64,000 nt of DNA from positions 16,913 to 80,912 of the forward strand of contig JADHWH010000001.1 in the NCBI GenBank assembly GCA_016783555.1, in the 5' to 3' direction. Every line of letters starts with the position of its first letter. The stretch's first letter is position 1. The DNA comes from Candidatus Omnitrophota bacterium. GTDB lineage: Bacteria; Omnitrophota; Gorgyraeia; JABMRJ01. Made by a program: the position numbers and the translations under genes. The notes below the pieces were generated by a model, which had not been told where the DNA came from, searched no databases, and saw only the letters and a program-made list of their open reading frames with translations. Of this stretch, positions 8,871 through 17,645 are shown one piece after another.

Positions 8871-9430
8871 CTTCTCTTATATTCCTCCTTTAACATGGCC
8901 ATCCTTATGGAGCTGAAATATCTCCCTTCTCTATATATCTCATCTTTAAGTTCGCCCTCTCTTATGAATCCCATCTTCTCATAAAATCTTACGGCCTTTG
9001 TATTAGGCGCCGCCACCCCAAGCCAGACTTTATTTAGATTTAAGACACCAAAGGCGAACCTTAACATAAATTCCGTTGCCTCTTCCGCAAGGCCTTTACC
9101 CCAAAATGCCTTCTCGCCGATATGTATAGTATATTCGGCAGAGCGTATCTGCCAGCTTAAGTGGTGCAGGCCTATAATACCTATGGATTTTTCTGTCTCC
9201 CTATCTACGATCGCAAAGATGACATTATCTTTTTTGCTTAAATCCTCATACAGCCTCTCCATAGCCTCTCTTGTTGTCGGTCTTATACCGTGGCTCAGAT
9301 ACTTATTAAACTCCGGGTCGTTGGCCCATTTATGCATCCTCTCGGTGTAGTCTTCTCTCTCTATCGGGCGCAAGGTTATCTTATCTCCTCTGTAAAAATA
9401 GGGCGTTATATTCTTATCTCTGTCTGACAT
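8867..9430 (-). CDS. GNAT family N-acetyltransferase (RimL-like)
   Basis: GNAT fold motifs (IGIIGLHH...WGKGLAEEA...RFYEKMGF). It overlaps the upstream gene by 4 bp. Confidence 0.7.
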   Translation of the reverse strand: MSDRDKNITPYFYRGDKITLRPIEREDYTERMHKWANDPEFNKYLSHGIRPTTREAMERLYEDLSKKDNVIFAIVDRETEKSIGIIGLHHLSWQIRSAEYTIHIGEKAFWGKGLAEEATEFMLRFAFGVLNLNKVWLGVAAPNTKAVRFYEKMGFIREGELKDEIYREGRYFSSIRMAMLKEEYKRR

Positions 9431-9442
9431 TCTATACCTCCC

Positions 9443-10144
9443 TTATCTCTTGGATATAAGAGATTTGATCTTCTCCAGGTCCTCGATAGTATCGACATCC
9501 ATGGATATCTTTCTATTCATAACCAGCACCCCGCAATCTTTCGATATAATAGCCTTTTCGTTAAAGAGTGTCTCTCTCTTCGTAACATATATAGCGCCGT
9601 TAGGCTGGTATGTCTTTGGAAGCTGCTGGCTCTCCTTCCTGAAATAATCTGTCCCGTCATTAACAAGAGGGAAGGCCCGGTTCTTCTTTACGTGCACTAC
9701 CCAATAGGGGGGATATGCCGTCTCCATAACACTCATCAGGGAACCGCACCCCGATCTCTTTAGGATCTCTATCGCTTTATCTATATGGTCTTTCGTCCTT
9801 AACGGGGATGTGGGCTGCAAGGTCACAATAAGATCTATCCCGTAGCCTCTCTTTTCAATAAAATTTACCGCATGTTCTATTACCGGGGGGGTATGGGTAG
9901 AGTCTTGCGCAAGGTGTTTCGGCCTCATAAAAGGCACTTCAGCGCCGTGTTCTTCAGAGACTTTCGCGATCTCTTCGTTATCGGTAGTCACTATAACCCT
10001 GTCGGTATAGGCGCTCTTTAATGCCGCCTCTATCGTATATGCTATAAGCGGTCTCCCGCAGAGATCTATAATATTTTTACCCGGCAGGCCCTTCGATCCT
10101 CCCCTTGCGGGTATCACTGCAACAACCTTTAACTTCCCAATCAT
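9443..10144 (-). CDS. Acylneuraminate cytidylyltransferase (CMP-legionaminic/neuraminic acid synthetase-like)
   Basis: KVVAVIPARGGSKGLPGKNI is the family signature. The start is revised to ATG at 10142-10144, because the ORF track's N-terminal extension runs into a palindrome cluster. Confidence 0.75.
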   Translation of the reverse strand: MIGKLKVVAVIPARGGSKGLPGKNIIDLCGRPLIAYTIEAALKSAYTDRVIVTTDNEEIAKVSEEHGAEVPFMRPKHLAQDSTHTPPVIEHAVNFIEKRGYGIDLIVTLQPTSPLRTKDHIDKAIEILKRSGCGSLMSVMETAYPPYWVVHVKKNRAFPLVNDGTDYFRKESQQLPKTYQPNGAIYVTKRETLFNEKAIISKDCGVLVMNRKISMDVDTIEDLEKIKSLISKR

Positions 10145-10162
10145 CTTATCTTTGCTCCTCTC

Positions 10163-10298
10163 GTCATTGCGAGCGATTGCTTCGCCCGTCATTGCGAGCC
10201 AGCCGAAGGCTGGCGAAGCAATCTGGGACGGGCTCGCAACAGGCTGCGTTCGCGAAGCAATCTCTTAAGATTGCTTCGCCCCTTCGGGGCTCGCAATG
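10163..10298. repeat. Intergenic cluster of nested short palindromes, built from two alternating units
   Basis: The units are TCATTGCGAG(C) and GATTGCTTCGC, which recur in both orientations. The first unit is forward at 10163 and 10188 and reverse at 10288. The second unit is forward at 10174 and 10268 and reverse at 10212 and 10251. There are two local perfect hairpins: GCCAGCC-GAA-GGCTGGC at 10197-10213, and GCGAAGCAATC-TCTTAA-GATTGCTTCGC at 10251-10278. A CCCC-TTC-GGGG hairpin sits at 10278-10288. Confidence 0.7.
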
Positions 10299-10340
10299 AA
10301 ATTCGGCCGTATGATTTACGCTCCTTTACAGTCGCGTAAA

Positions 10341-11555
10341 TCATGGCCTTATTTCACCTATATTGTCAAATATTTTTTTAACTGCGCTTACGATATCCTT
10401 CATGTCTTCTATATTATATGGGTAGTGCATGGCCGTTATACATATCAACCTGCGGCAGACATCTTCAGCAACTCTGCATTTAATACCTCCAAAGCCGGCT
10501 TCTTTTAATTTCTCCTTGAATATGGGTGTCTTATATAGAGGTTGAGGGTATCCGCGTGAGAGCGTTATCCCTTCGGATTCCATAAGCTCTATAAATCTAT
10601 CCTTCGCGACGCCTATCTCTCTCTCATTATATAAAATGGGATATAGATGAGAAATCTCACCTTCTTTGTATCTCATAACCTCAAGCCCGCTGAATCTACC
10701 CAATTCTTTCTGGAGGTAAGAGACGTTCTTTCTTCTTATCTCGTTTAATGAGTCGAGCTTCTTTAACTGTTCTATGCCGAGCGCCGCGTGTATCTCGGTC
10801 ATCCTGAAGTTATACCCTAATATATTTGAGATATACTCTCTCGGCCTCCCCTTGGTCCAGACCTCACCGTGATTTCGTATAAGGCGGCACCTATCGGCAA
10901 TCTCATCCGAATTCGTCGTCACCATCCCGCCTTCGCCTATAACCATATTCTTTGTCTCGACAAAGCTGAATACCCCAGCGTCGCCTATCGAGCCGACCAT
11001 GCGGCCTTCGTGCTTACAACCGGGCGACTGGCACGCGTCTTCTATTACCTTAAGGCTATCTTCTTTTGCTATAGCCAAAATCTCGTCCATATTGCATACC
11101 TTGCCGTAGATATGGACCGGGACTATTGCCTTGGTCTTTTTGGTTATGGCCGCTTTAATCTTCTTAGGATCTATACAAAATGTATCCGGTTCAATATCCG
11201 CAAAGACGGTAGCCGCACCTACCATCAACACTGAAGAAGCAGTAGCGGTAAAGGTAAACGGCGGCACTATCACTTCGTCTCCGGGGCCGATATTGCAAGC
11301 GGCGAGGGCCGCGTGGAGCGCCGATGTGCCAGAATTGAATACTATCGCATATCGGGTTCCTATATATTTTGCAAAATCTTTTTCAAACTTCTGTACCATC
11401 TCACCGCCGAGGAAATCCTTATAAAATCCAGATAGACTCTTCTTTCTTAGAACCTTATTTACAGAAGCTATCTCTTCATCTCCGATTGGCGCGGAATAAT
11501 CAAACCTTTTCTCCCGGGTCTTTTTGCCGCCATGAATAAATAATCTCTCTTTCAC
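10341..11555 (-). CDS. DegT/DnrJ/EryC1/StrS family PLP-dependent sugar aminotransferase
   Basis: The sequence is DegT-family throughout (GTSALHAAL...FSF...NFRMTEIHAALG). The GTG start at 11553-11555 is supplied by a junction element. Confidence 0.8.
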   Translation of the reverse strand: MKERLFIHGGKKTREKRFDYSAPIGDEEIASVNKVLRKKSLSGFYKDFLGGEMVQKFEKDFAKYIGTRYAIVFNSGTSALHAALAACNIGPGDEVIVPPFTFTATASSVLMVGAATVFADIEPDTFCIDPKKIKAAITKKTKAIVPVHIYGKVCNMDEILAIAKEDSLKVIEDACQSPGCKHEGRMVGSIGDAGVFSFVETKNMVIGEGGMVTTNSDEIADRCRLIRNHGEVWTKGRPREYISNILGYNFRMTEIHAALGIEQLKKLDSLNEIRRKNVSYLQKELGRFSGLEVMRYKEGEISHLYPILYNEREIGVAKDRFIELMESEGITLSRGYPQPLYKTPIFKEKLKEAGFGGIKCRVAEDVCRRLICITAMHYPYNIEDMKDIVSAVKKIFDNIGEIRP

Positions 11556-11616
11556 CCCGTTAGACCTCCCTATCTATTTTCCCCATCAGCCTCTTATGAG
11601 GTCTAACGGGGTTCAT
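11553..11616 (-). repeat. Junction palindrome element, copy C
   Basis: It carries the upstream oxidoreductase TGA stop and the downstream aminotransferase GTG start, with GGGAGG as the SD. Confidence 0.85.
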
Positions 11617-12674
11617 TCTAACCTTCCGTTTTTTGTAAAAGATGTCTCTCGCGGAATCAGTCTTAAGCTCCTATCCTTAAGGGGTAAGGTAATCTTTTTG
11701 GTCTTCTCTCTATCCGATTCGTGAAATGCCATGGCTACCTCAACCGTTGCCATCCCATCTTCGCCCGTGCATAAAGGAGGTTCTTTATTGTCTAAAACAT
11801 TTACTATATTTCTGACCGCATTGAGCATAGGCGGAGTCCACCTTGAGCTCTTTAAGTTTGCTCTTCTCAACTCTTTTATGCCGCTCTCCTTGCGGCTCGC
11901 CTGCGCCTTTAAGAGTCTGTATGCATCGTCTCTTCTAATCTGACCGCCTAAATCTATCATACCCTTCTGGCCGTATATATTTGCGCCGAATAAGACATAC
12001 TCCCTGAAGCCCGAGTAGAAGAAAGTCAGGATATCGTTCTTAAACCTTACAGTCCCCCTTCCGCCAGGATCAGTGCTTCCATCCGGAATGAGCGCCCCGG
12101 AGACAGAGAGCACATCACCGAAGTAATACCGCAGGATATCGAATAGATGTGTGCCGCTATTCATAAGCCCAGCCGCAGCAAAGGCGATTATTAGATCCAC
12201 CTTTCCTATATCGCCTTTATCCAGCATGCCCTTTACGTCATTAAATGATCTGTCCCATCTCCTTGTATGGTTAACCATAAGTACGGTCTTGTTTCTCTTG
12301 CAGACTCTTATCATCTCGTCGGCCTCTTCAAGCGATGCAGCTATAGGTTTCTCGCAGAATATGGCTCGGACGCCGGCCGCGCTTGCGGCTCCACAGACCT
12401 CTTTATGCAATGTGGTGGGGGTAGCGATGCTGACGATATCAAGATCTACCTTTTTCAACATCTTCCTGTAATCCGTATAGATATTTTTTATATCATACTT
12501 CTTCGATATGCCCTTAAGCTTCTCTCTATCAAGATCGCATACCGCACTAAACTCGGTCTTTTTATTGAGAAGATAAGCCTCAGCGTGGCTAACAGGCTGG
12601 TCTGCCAGCCTGTCCTCGTTGAATAACCAACCCATTCTGCCGCAACCGATTATTCCCACTCTGTACTTTCTCAT
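11613..12674 (-). CDS. Gfo/Idh/MocA family NAD(P)-dependent oxidoreductase
   Basis: YRVGIIGCGRMG is an N-terminal Rossmann motif. The sequence carries the EKP motif (FCEKPIA). The stop TGA at 11613-11615 lies inside a junction element. Confidence 0.7.
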   Translation of the reverse strand: MRKYRVGIIGCGRMGWLFNEDRLADQPVSHAEAYLLNKKTEFSAVCDLDREKLKGISKKYDIKNIYTDYRKMLKKVDLDIVSIATPTTLHKEVCGAASAAGVRAIFCEKPIAASLEEADEMIRVCKRNKTVLMVNHTRRWDRSFNDVKGMLDKGDIGKVDLIIAFAAAGLMNSGTHLFDILRYYFGDVLSVSGALIPDGSTDPGGRGTVRFKNDILTFFYSGFREYVLFGANIYGQKGMIDLGGQIRRDDAYRLLKAQASRKESGIKELRRANLKSSRWTPPMLNAVRNIVNVLDNKEPPLCTGEDGMATVEVAMAFHESDREKTKKITLPLKDRSLRLIPRETSFTKNGRLE

Positions 12675-13876
12675 ATCCTTTTGCCTCTCCTCCTATTCTT
12701 TACGGGTAATTCAAAATCCAAATCAAGGAACCTCTTCTTTGAGGTAATGTTGTCAAGCCCTCTTACTATGCCAACAATCTTCCTCGACGTACTCCCGTCT
12801 CCATAAGGGTTTATTATTTCTTTACAGGTCTTTCTAAAATCGCTGGAGAGGGCCTTTCTAAATGCCCTCTTCAAAGACCCTCGTCCTTCCTTCACATCAA
12901 TGACAGTGTCGGCTCTGACCCTGCCTCTCTGTCTATCGCCGATATTTATCGTGGGTATCCCAAATGACGGCGCCTCGATTATGCCGCTCGATGAATTGCC
13001 TGCTACCACGTCCATATGAAAGAGTGTGTTTAGATAGAGCTGGCGGCCCATCGATGAAAAAGATTTGGCGCTCTCTCTATTATTATAAATGTACATATCT
13101 ATCATCTTTTCAATCGTGTCGTAGTAGATATCTACGTTCGGTTTCGTAAATATAACCTTCGCGTCTTTCAATAGAGCCAAGGCGTCTAAGAGGCCTTTAA
13201 ATTCGCTTACCGTCTTATCTCTGCTCTCTTGCGTAGACGGATTATATGTCACCATTATATTATTCTTACCTAATCTAAAATCTATCCTTTTTTCAAGTTC
13301 ATTCTTCTTTAAAGGTTTTATTCTCTTTATGTTGTCGAGCCCCAGCGCGCCTACATTGAATACTCTCTTGGGCTCTTCGCCCATCTGTATAACCCTCTTT
13401 CTATATATATCAGTCGATACAAAATGGAGGTGTGATATCTTTGTTATGGCATGCCTAAGAGAGTCATCCATTGAGCCCTCCGTAAGCTCCCCGCCATGTA
13501 TATGGGCGATGGGAACTTTAAGAAAGAATGCCGCTTGCGCAGCCGTGAATGTCTCGAACCTATCCCCCAATAAAAATAGAAGCTCTGGCCTTAATATATT
13601 CAAGACGTCCGTAAGCCTTGTGACCCCGATGCCTACCGTCTTTGCTATAGCCTCCTCTCTATCTTCCTCAAGGGGCATGGCAATTTTTGCGTCTATCTCG
13701 AAACCGTCATCTTCTATCTCCTTATAGGTTAAACCGGACTCAGGCATCAGGTGTCCTGCCGTTGCTACCAATTTAAGGTCTAATCTTCTATCCTTCTTTA
13801 TCTGGCTTGCCAGCGGATATAACAAGCCCCATTCTGCCCTGCTCCCTGTTATGATACAAACCTTCTTTTTCTTCAC
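12671..13876 (-). CDS. UDP/GDP-N-acetylglucosamine 2-epimerase (hydrolysing), NeuC/LegG-like
   Basis: KKVCIITGSRAEWGLLYPL is the NeuC N-terminal signature. The start is revised to GTG 13874-13876 inside a junction element, whereas the ORF track begins at 13894. Confidence 0.8.
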   Translation of the reverse strand: MKKKKVCIITGSRAEWGLLYPLASQIKKDRRLDLKLVATAGHLMPESGLTYKEIEDDGFEIDAKIAMPLEEDREEAIAKTVGIGVTRLTDVLNILRPELLFLLGDRFETFTAAQAAFFLKVPIAHIHGGELTEGSMDDSLRHAITKISHLHFVSTDIYRKRVIQMGEEPKRVFNVGALGLDNIKRIKPLKKNELEKRIDFRLGKNNIMVTYNPSTQESRDKTVSEFKGLLDALALLKDAKVIFTKPNVDIYYDTIEKMIDMYIYNNRESAKSFSSMGRQLYLNTLFHMDVVAGNSSSGIIEAPSFGIPTINIGDRQRGRVRADTVIDVKEGRGSLKRAFRKALSSDFRKTCKEIINPYGDGSTSRKIVGIVRGLDNITSKKRFLDLDFELPVKNRRRGKRI

Positions 13877-13929
13877 CCCGTTAGACCTCCTCACCCCGTT
13901 GACCTCTCATGAGGTCTAACGGGGTTCAT
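13874..13929 (-). repeat. Junction palindrome element, copy D
   Basis: It carries the NeuD-NeuB TGA stop and the NeuC-like GTG start, with GAGGAGG as the SD. The loop holds a third arm CACCCCGTTGACCTC. Confidence 0.85.
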
Positions 13930-15584
13930 ATCTCTATCAGCTCATCTTTCTTAAAATTTCTTTTTGCGGGTCTTCCGACTACCGCATCCCACTCCATCGG
14001 GCTTATCCCTTTTGCGGGCCTCTTTGTAGTCAGGTTCTCTTCGGTAAAGATCTCGCCGGTCTTTATACGGCTCGATGCGACGATGCTCTTACGCACCACA
14101 TCTCTATTCTTAAACTCAGACGGTGTAGTCCTCTTTATTCCGTCCCCCAATACCTCTTCTATATTCCTAACGGCCTTTACCATATTCTTAAGCTCCTCGG
14201 GATCTAAAGAGGCCTTATGATCCGGCCCCGGCATCTTCTTATTGAGCGTAAAATGTTTCTCTATAACCTCCGCGCCCAAAGATGCGGCCGCCACAGGGAC
14301 CTCTATTCCCGGCGTGTGATCGGAATATCCCGCCTTTACTCTTAATCTCTTTCTTATAGCAAGCATGGCTGACAGATTCACATCCCTGTACGGCGTCGGA
14401 TACTCCGTGTTGCAATGTAAGACCGTTATATCCTTCCTGCGTGTCCCCGCCTTAACCAGTATGCGGACTGCCCCCTCCACATCCCTTAAGCTGGACATGC
14501 CGCTTGATAATATGACCTTCTTCTTGAGTGCCCCTATTCTCTTTAAAAAAGGGAGGTCCGTTATCTGGCCCGAAGGTATCTTATACATATCGAGCCCGTA
14601 ACTCTTCAAGAGATCTATGCTCTTTAAATCGAAGGGGCTGGAGAGGAATTTTATCTCTCTTTTTTTGCAATAATTTATAATTTTTTTGTGGGCCCTCTTA
14701 TCCAGCTCCAGCTTTTTTAGCATACTAAGCTGTGATTCTTTTCGTCTCTCTTTCTGATATTCGGCCTTGGGGGCATCTCTGCTTACAAGGCCCTCCGCGC
14801 TGAACGTCTGGAATTTTACGGCGTCCGCGCCGGCAGTCTTCGCCGCATCGACCATCTTCTTTGCAACTCTTACAGAACCGTTATGGTTTACCCCCGCCTC
14901 TGCGATTATAAAGACCCTTCTCTTCCTTGCATAAGGAGTTATGTATCTGGCATTCTTCTCCACTCGCCGGCGTATTACCTCACCTGAACCTATCATAGAC
15001 TCTCTTTCTATCGTTACATTCTGTATGACCTTAGCGCCCGTGCCTATATGCGTTCCATATCCCACCCTGACGCCGCCGCTCAGCACCACTCCGGGCGCCA
15101 CATGTGTAAATCCCTCTATCCTGCAATCGTGATCCACCGATGAAGACGTATTTATAATAACGTTTTCTCCTATCCATGTGCCTGTATTGACAACCGCCCT
15201 CGCCGCGATAAACGTCCCCTCGCCTATAGAGACGTCTTTTGCCACGACGCTCTTAGGGTGAATTATAATAGGGAGCCTAAACCCGATCGCCTTAATACGC
15301 CTGTAGATATTCTCTCGTCTATGGAAATCACCTATGGAACCGACTCCTATAAAGGCGTGCCTTATGCCCTTTTTGAATATTTCCGGCAGCATCTTATCCG
15401 TGCCTAAGATTTTAACTCCGGAGATACGCGAACCTCTCTTTAGCCCGGGATCTACTACGCCGTAAATCTTATATACCCCCGCTTCTCGGATTGCGTCTAT
15501 AACCACCTTCGCGTGCCCGCCCCCTCCTATAAGCAGCAACCTCTTCTTCTGCATCCTTACATTACCTCCTTTAAGGCCTTGCAT
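13926..15584 (-). CDS. Fusion: NeuD/PglD-like hexapeptide sugar N-acetyltransferase + NeuB-family nonulosonic acid synthase with C-terminal SAF domain
   Basis: The N-terminus has LLLIGGGGHAKVVIDA plus left-handed beta-helix repeats. The C-terminus has FIIAEAGVNHNGS...SDHT, a sialic-acid-synthase motif. The stop TGA at 13926-13928 lies inside a junction element. Confidence 0.8.
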   Translation of the reverse strand: MQGLKGGNVRMQKKRLLLIGGGGHAKVVIDAIREAGVYKIYGVVDPGLKRGSRISGVKILGTDKMLPEIFKKGIRHAFIGVGSIGDFHRRENIYRRIKAIGFRLPIIIHPKSVVAKDVSIGEGTFIAARAVVNTGTWIGENVIINTSSSVDHDCRIEGFTHVAPGVVLSGGVRVGYGTHIGTGAKVIQNVTIERESMIGSGEVIRRRVEKNARYITPYARKRRVFIIAEAGVNHNGSVRVAKKMVDAAKTAGADAVKFQTFSAEGLVSRDAPKAEYQKERRKESQLSMLKKLELDKRAHKKIINYCKKREIKFLSSPFDLKSIDLLKSYGLDMYKIPSGQITDLPFLKRIGALKKKVILSSGMSSLRDVEGAVRILVKAGTRRKDITVLHCNTEYPTPYRDVNLSAMLAIRKRLRVKAGYSDHTPGIEVPVAAASLGAEVIEKHFTLNKKMPGPDHKASLDPEELKNMVKAVRNIEEVLGDGIKRTTPSEFKNRDVVRKSIVASSRIKTGEIFTEENLTTKRPAKGISPMEWDAVVGRPAKRNFKKDELIEI

Positions 15585-16654
15585 ATGTAATCTATATCAT
15601 CTGGCGTGTTGAGAGTAGAGCTCGGCAGGGAAAGGCCCCTATTGTAAATATCAAATGAGTTTTTATAATCTCTTTTTTTGTAACTCTTATAAGGCGGAAA
15701 TTCGATTACCGGAGTAAATATCCTTCTCGTAGGTATGCCTCTATCCACAAGTCTTTTCTGCAAGACCGCTATATCCATATCCTTTTCAAATAGAATAGAA
15801 TTAAGCCAGTATGCGCTCTCTGCATTCTCATGAACCTCTTGAAAACGTATAGACTCTATACTCTTTAGTTCCTGGCGGTATATCTCATTAAAAAGCTTCT
15901 TCTTGTTTAAAAATTCATCCAGCCTTTCTAACTGAGCAAGACCCAGGGCGGCCTCTATATTCGTCATCCTGTCGTTAAAACCTATCTCGGGATGATAATA
16001 CTCTTTAGAGTTATCCCTCGCTTGATTCACCAGAAACTTTATGTGATTTAAGCTATCCACATTTTTCCCTACCACCATACCACCGCCGCCCGTAGTGATA
16101 ATCTTATTTCCATTAAAGCTGAAACATCCGAAGTTGCCGATAGTGCCCGTATGTCTTGAGCCATATCTTGCGCCCAGGCTCTCTGTTGCGTCCTCTATTA
16201 CGTATATATTATGGTCCCTTGCCACCTTCATAATGCCTTCCATATCGCAGGGGTTGCCGTATATATGGACCGGTATCACCGCCTTTGTCTTTTTTGTGAT
16301 ATTCCTCTCTATCTCTTTAACGTCTATATTCCACGTCAGGGGATCTACGTCTACGAATACAGGAGTAGCGCCTTCATATATTACGGGATTTACGGTTGCG
16401 ATAAAGGTAAGCGCGGGGACTATTACCTCGTCTCCGGCGCCTATGCCGAGTTCATGCAGGGCTATGTGTATAGCCGCGGTCCCGCTCTGTGTCGAGGCGG
16501 CGTCTCTTATGCCCAGATACCCGGCGAACCTCTTTTCAAACTCGGTTACAAAAGGGCCGACTGTGGATACAAAGTTAGCGTCTATGGCTCTGTTTAAATA
16601 GCCCTTTTCCAGATCACCGAGATTCGGCGCGTCTAAATGCATCTTTTTACACAT
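15557..16654 (-). CDS. DegT-family sugar aminotransferase (LegC/PglE-like)
   Basis: DegT-family sequence. It overlaps the downstream gene by 28 bp. Confidence 0.8.
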   Translation of the reverse strand: MCKKMHLDAPNLGDLEKGYLNRAIDANFVSTVGPFVTEFEKRFAGYLGIRDAASTQSGTAAIHIALHELGIGAGDEVIVPALTFIATVNPVIYEGATPVFVDVDPLTWNIDVKEIERNITKKTKAVIPVHIYGNPCDMEGIMKVARDHNIYVIEDATESLGARYGSRHTGTIGNFGCFSFNGNKIITTGGGGMVVGKNVDSLNHIKFLVNQARDNSKEYYHPEIGFNDRMTNIEAALGLAQLERLDEFLNKKKLFNEIYRQELKSIESIRFQEVHENAESAYWLNSILFEKDMDIAVLQKRLVDRGIPTRRIFTPVIEFPPYKSYKKRDYKNSFDIYNRGLSLPSSTLNTPDDIDYICKALKEVM

Positions 16655-17645
16655 TGTAAATATCCGCCTTGTATAATTTAAATCCTCTTTTTCTTTTAAA
16701 CCAATTTATGGTTTCATCCAGGCCCTTATCCAGTGAATATCTAGGAGACCAGCCTGTAAGCTCCCTTATCTTTTTATTCTCCCCCAAAAGCTGCATCACC
16801 TCTGAATTCTCCGGCCTGACCCTTTTTTTGTCTAAGACTACGCGGGCCTTGGGATTTATCTTTTTTATGATTCTATCGGCAAGCTCACCTATGCTTACCT
16901 CTCTCTTGCTTGCTATATTTATCTCCTCGCCTATGGTCCTGTCGGAAGAGGCGATAGACAAGAAACCGTCGCATACATCCTTCACATAATTTAAATCCCT
17001 TGTGGGCGTTAACGATCCCAGCATTACATCCTTCTTTCCGCTTAAAAGCTGGATTATTATCGCAGGGATTATGGCCCTTGCCGACTGTCTTGGTCCGTAT
17101 GTATTAAAGGGCCTTACTATGGTAACAGGCACGTCAAAAGATTTAAAGAAAGACTCGGCAATCTTATCCGCGCCTATCTTCGATGCGCTATAGGGAGACT
17201 GGCCCTGCAGGGGATGGTTCTCTTCTATAGGTATTCTCTTTGCCGTACCATAGACCTCGGATGTAGATGTTACCAATATCCTCTTTAATTTAAGCTCCAT
17301 CCCGGCCTGCATAATATTCAACGTGCCCTTTATATTGGTATCAACATAGGAGTCCGGCGCGTGATAAGAGAAGGGTATGCCGATTAACGCGGCCAGGTGA
17401 AAGACCATATCCATGCCCTTCATCGCCTTCCTTACGCTGTTCGGATCCCGCACATCGCCTGAAAATATCTCGATCTTCCTTGTCTTCTTCCGGTCGAAGC
17501 TGTCAAGCCAGCCCCAGGAATTGAATGCGTTGTAATATGTAAAGGCCTTCACCTTACATCCGCATCTTATTAACCTCTCGACGAGATGGCTTCCTATAAA
17601 ACCGTCCGCCCCCGTCACTAATACCCTCTTATTTCGCATCTGCAT
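16647..17645 (-). CDS. NAD-dependent sugar-nucleotide 4,6-dehydratase/epimerase (extended SDR; LegB-like)
   Basis: VLVTGADGFIGSHL is a GxxGxxG motif and YSASK a YxxxK motif. The start is probably MQMRNKRVLVTG, and the ORF track's longer N-terminal extension was dropped. Confidence 0.75.
   Translation of the reverse strand: MQMRNKRVLVTGADGFIGSHLVERLIRCGCKVKAFTYYNAFNSWGWLDSFDRKKTRKIEIFSGDVRDPNSVRKAMKGMDMVFHLAALIGIPFSYHAPDSYVDTNIKGTLNIMQAGMELKLKRILVTSTSEVYGTAKRIPIEENHPLQGQSPYSASKIGADKIAESFFKSFDVPVTIVRPFNTYGPRQSARAIIPAIIIQLLSGKKDVMLGSLTPTRDLNYVKDVCDGFLSIASSDRTIGEEINIASKREVSIGELADRIIKKINPKARVVLDKKRVRPENSEVMQLLGENKKIRELTGWSPRYSLDKGLDETINWFKRKRGFKLYKADIYNV

Noticed and set aside
10163-10298. Possible CRISPR array
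   Set aside because: The repeats occur in both orientations with irregular 0-30-bp spacing and no spacer periodicity. This is a palindrome cluster, not CRISPR.
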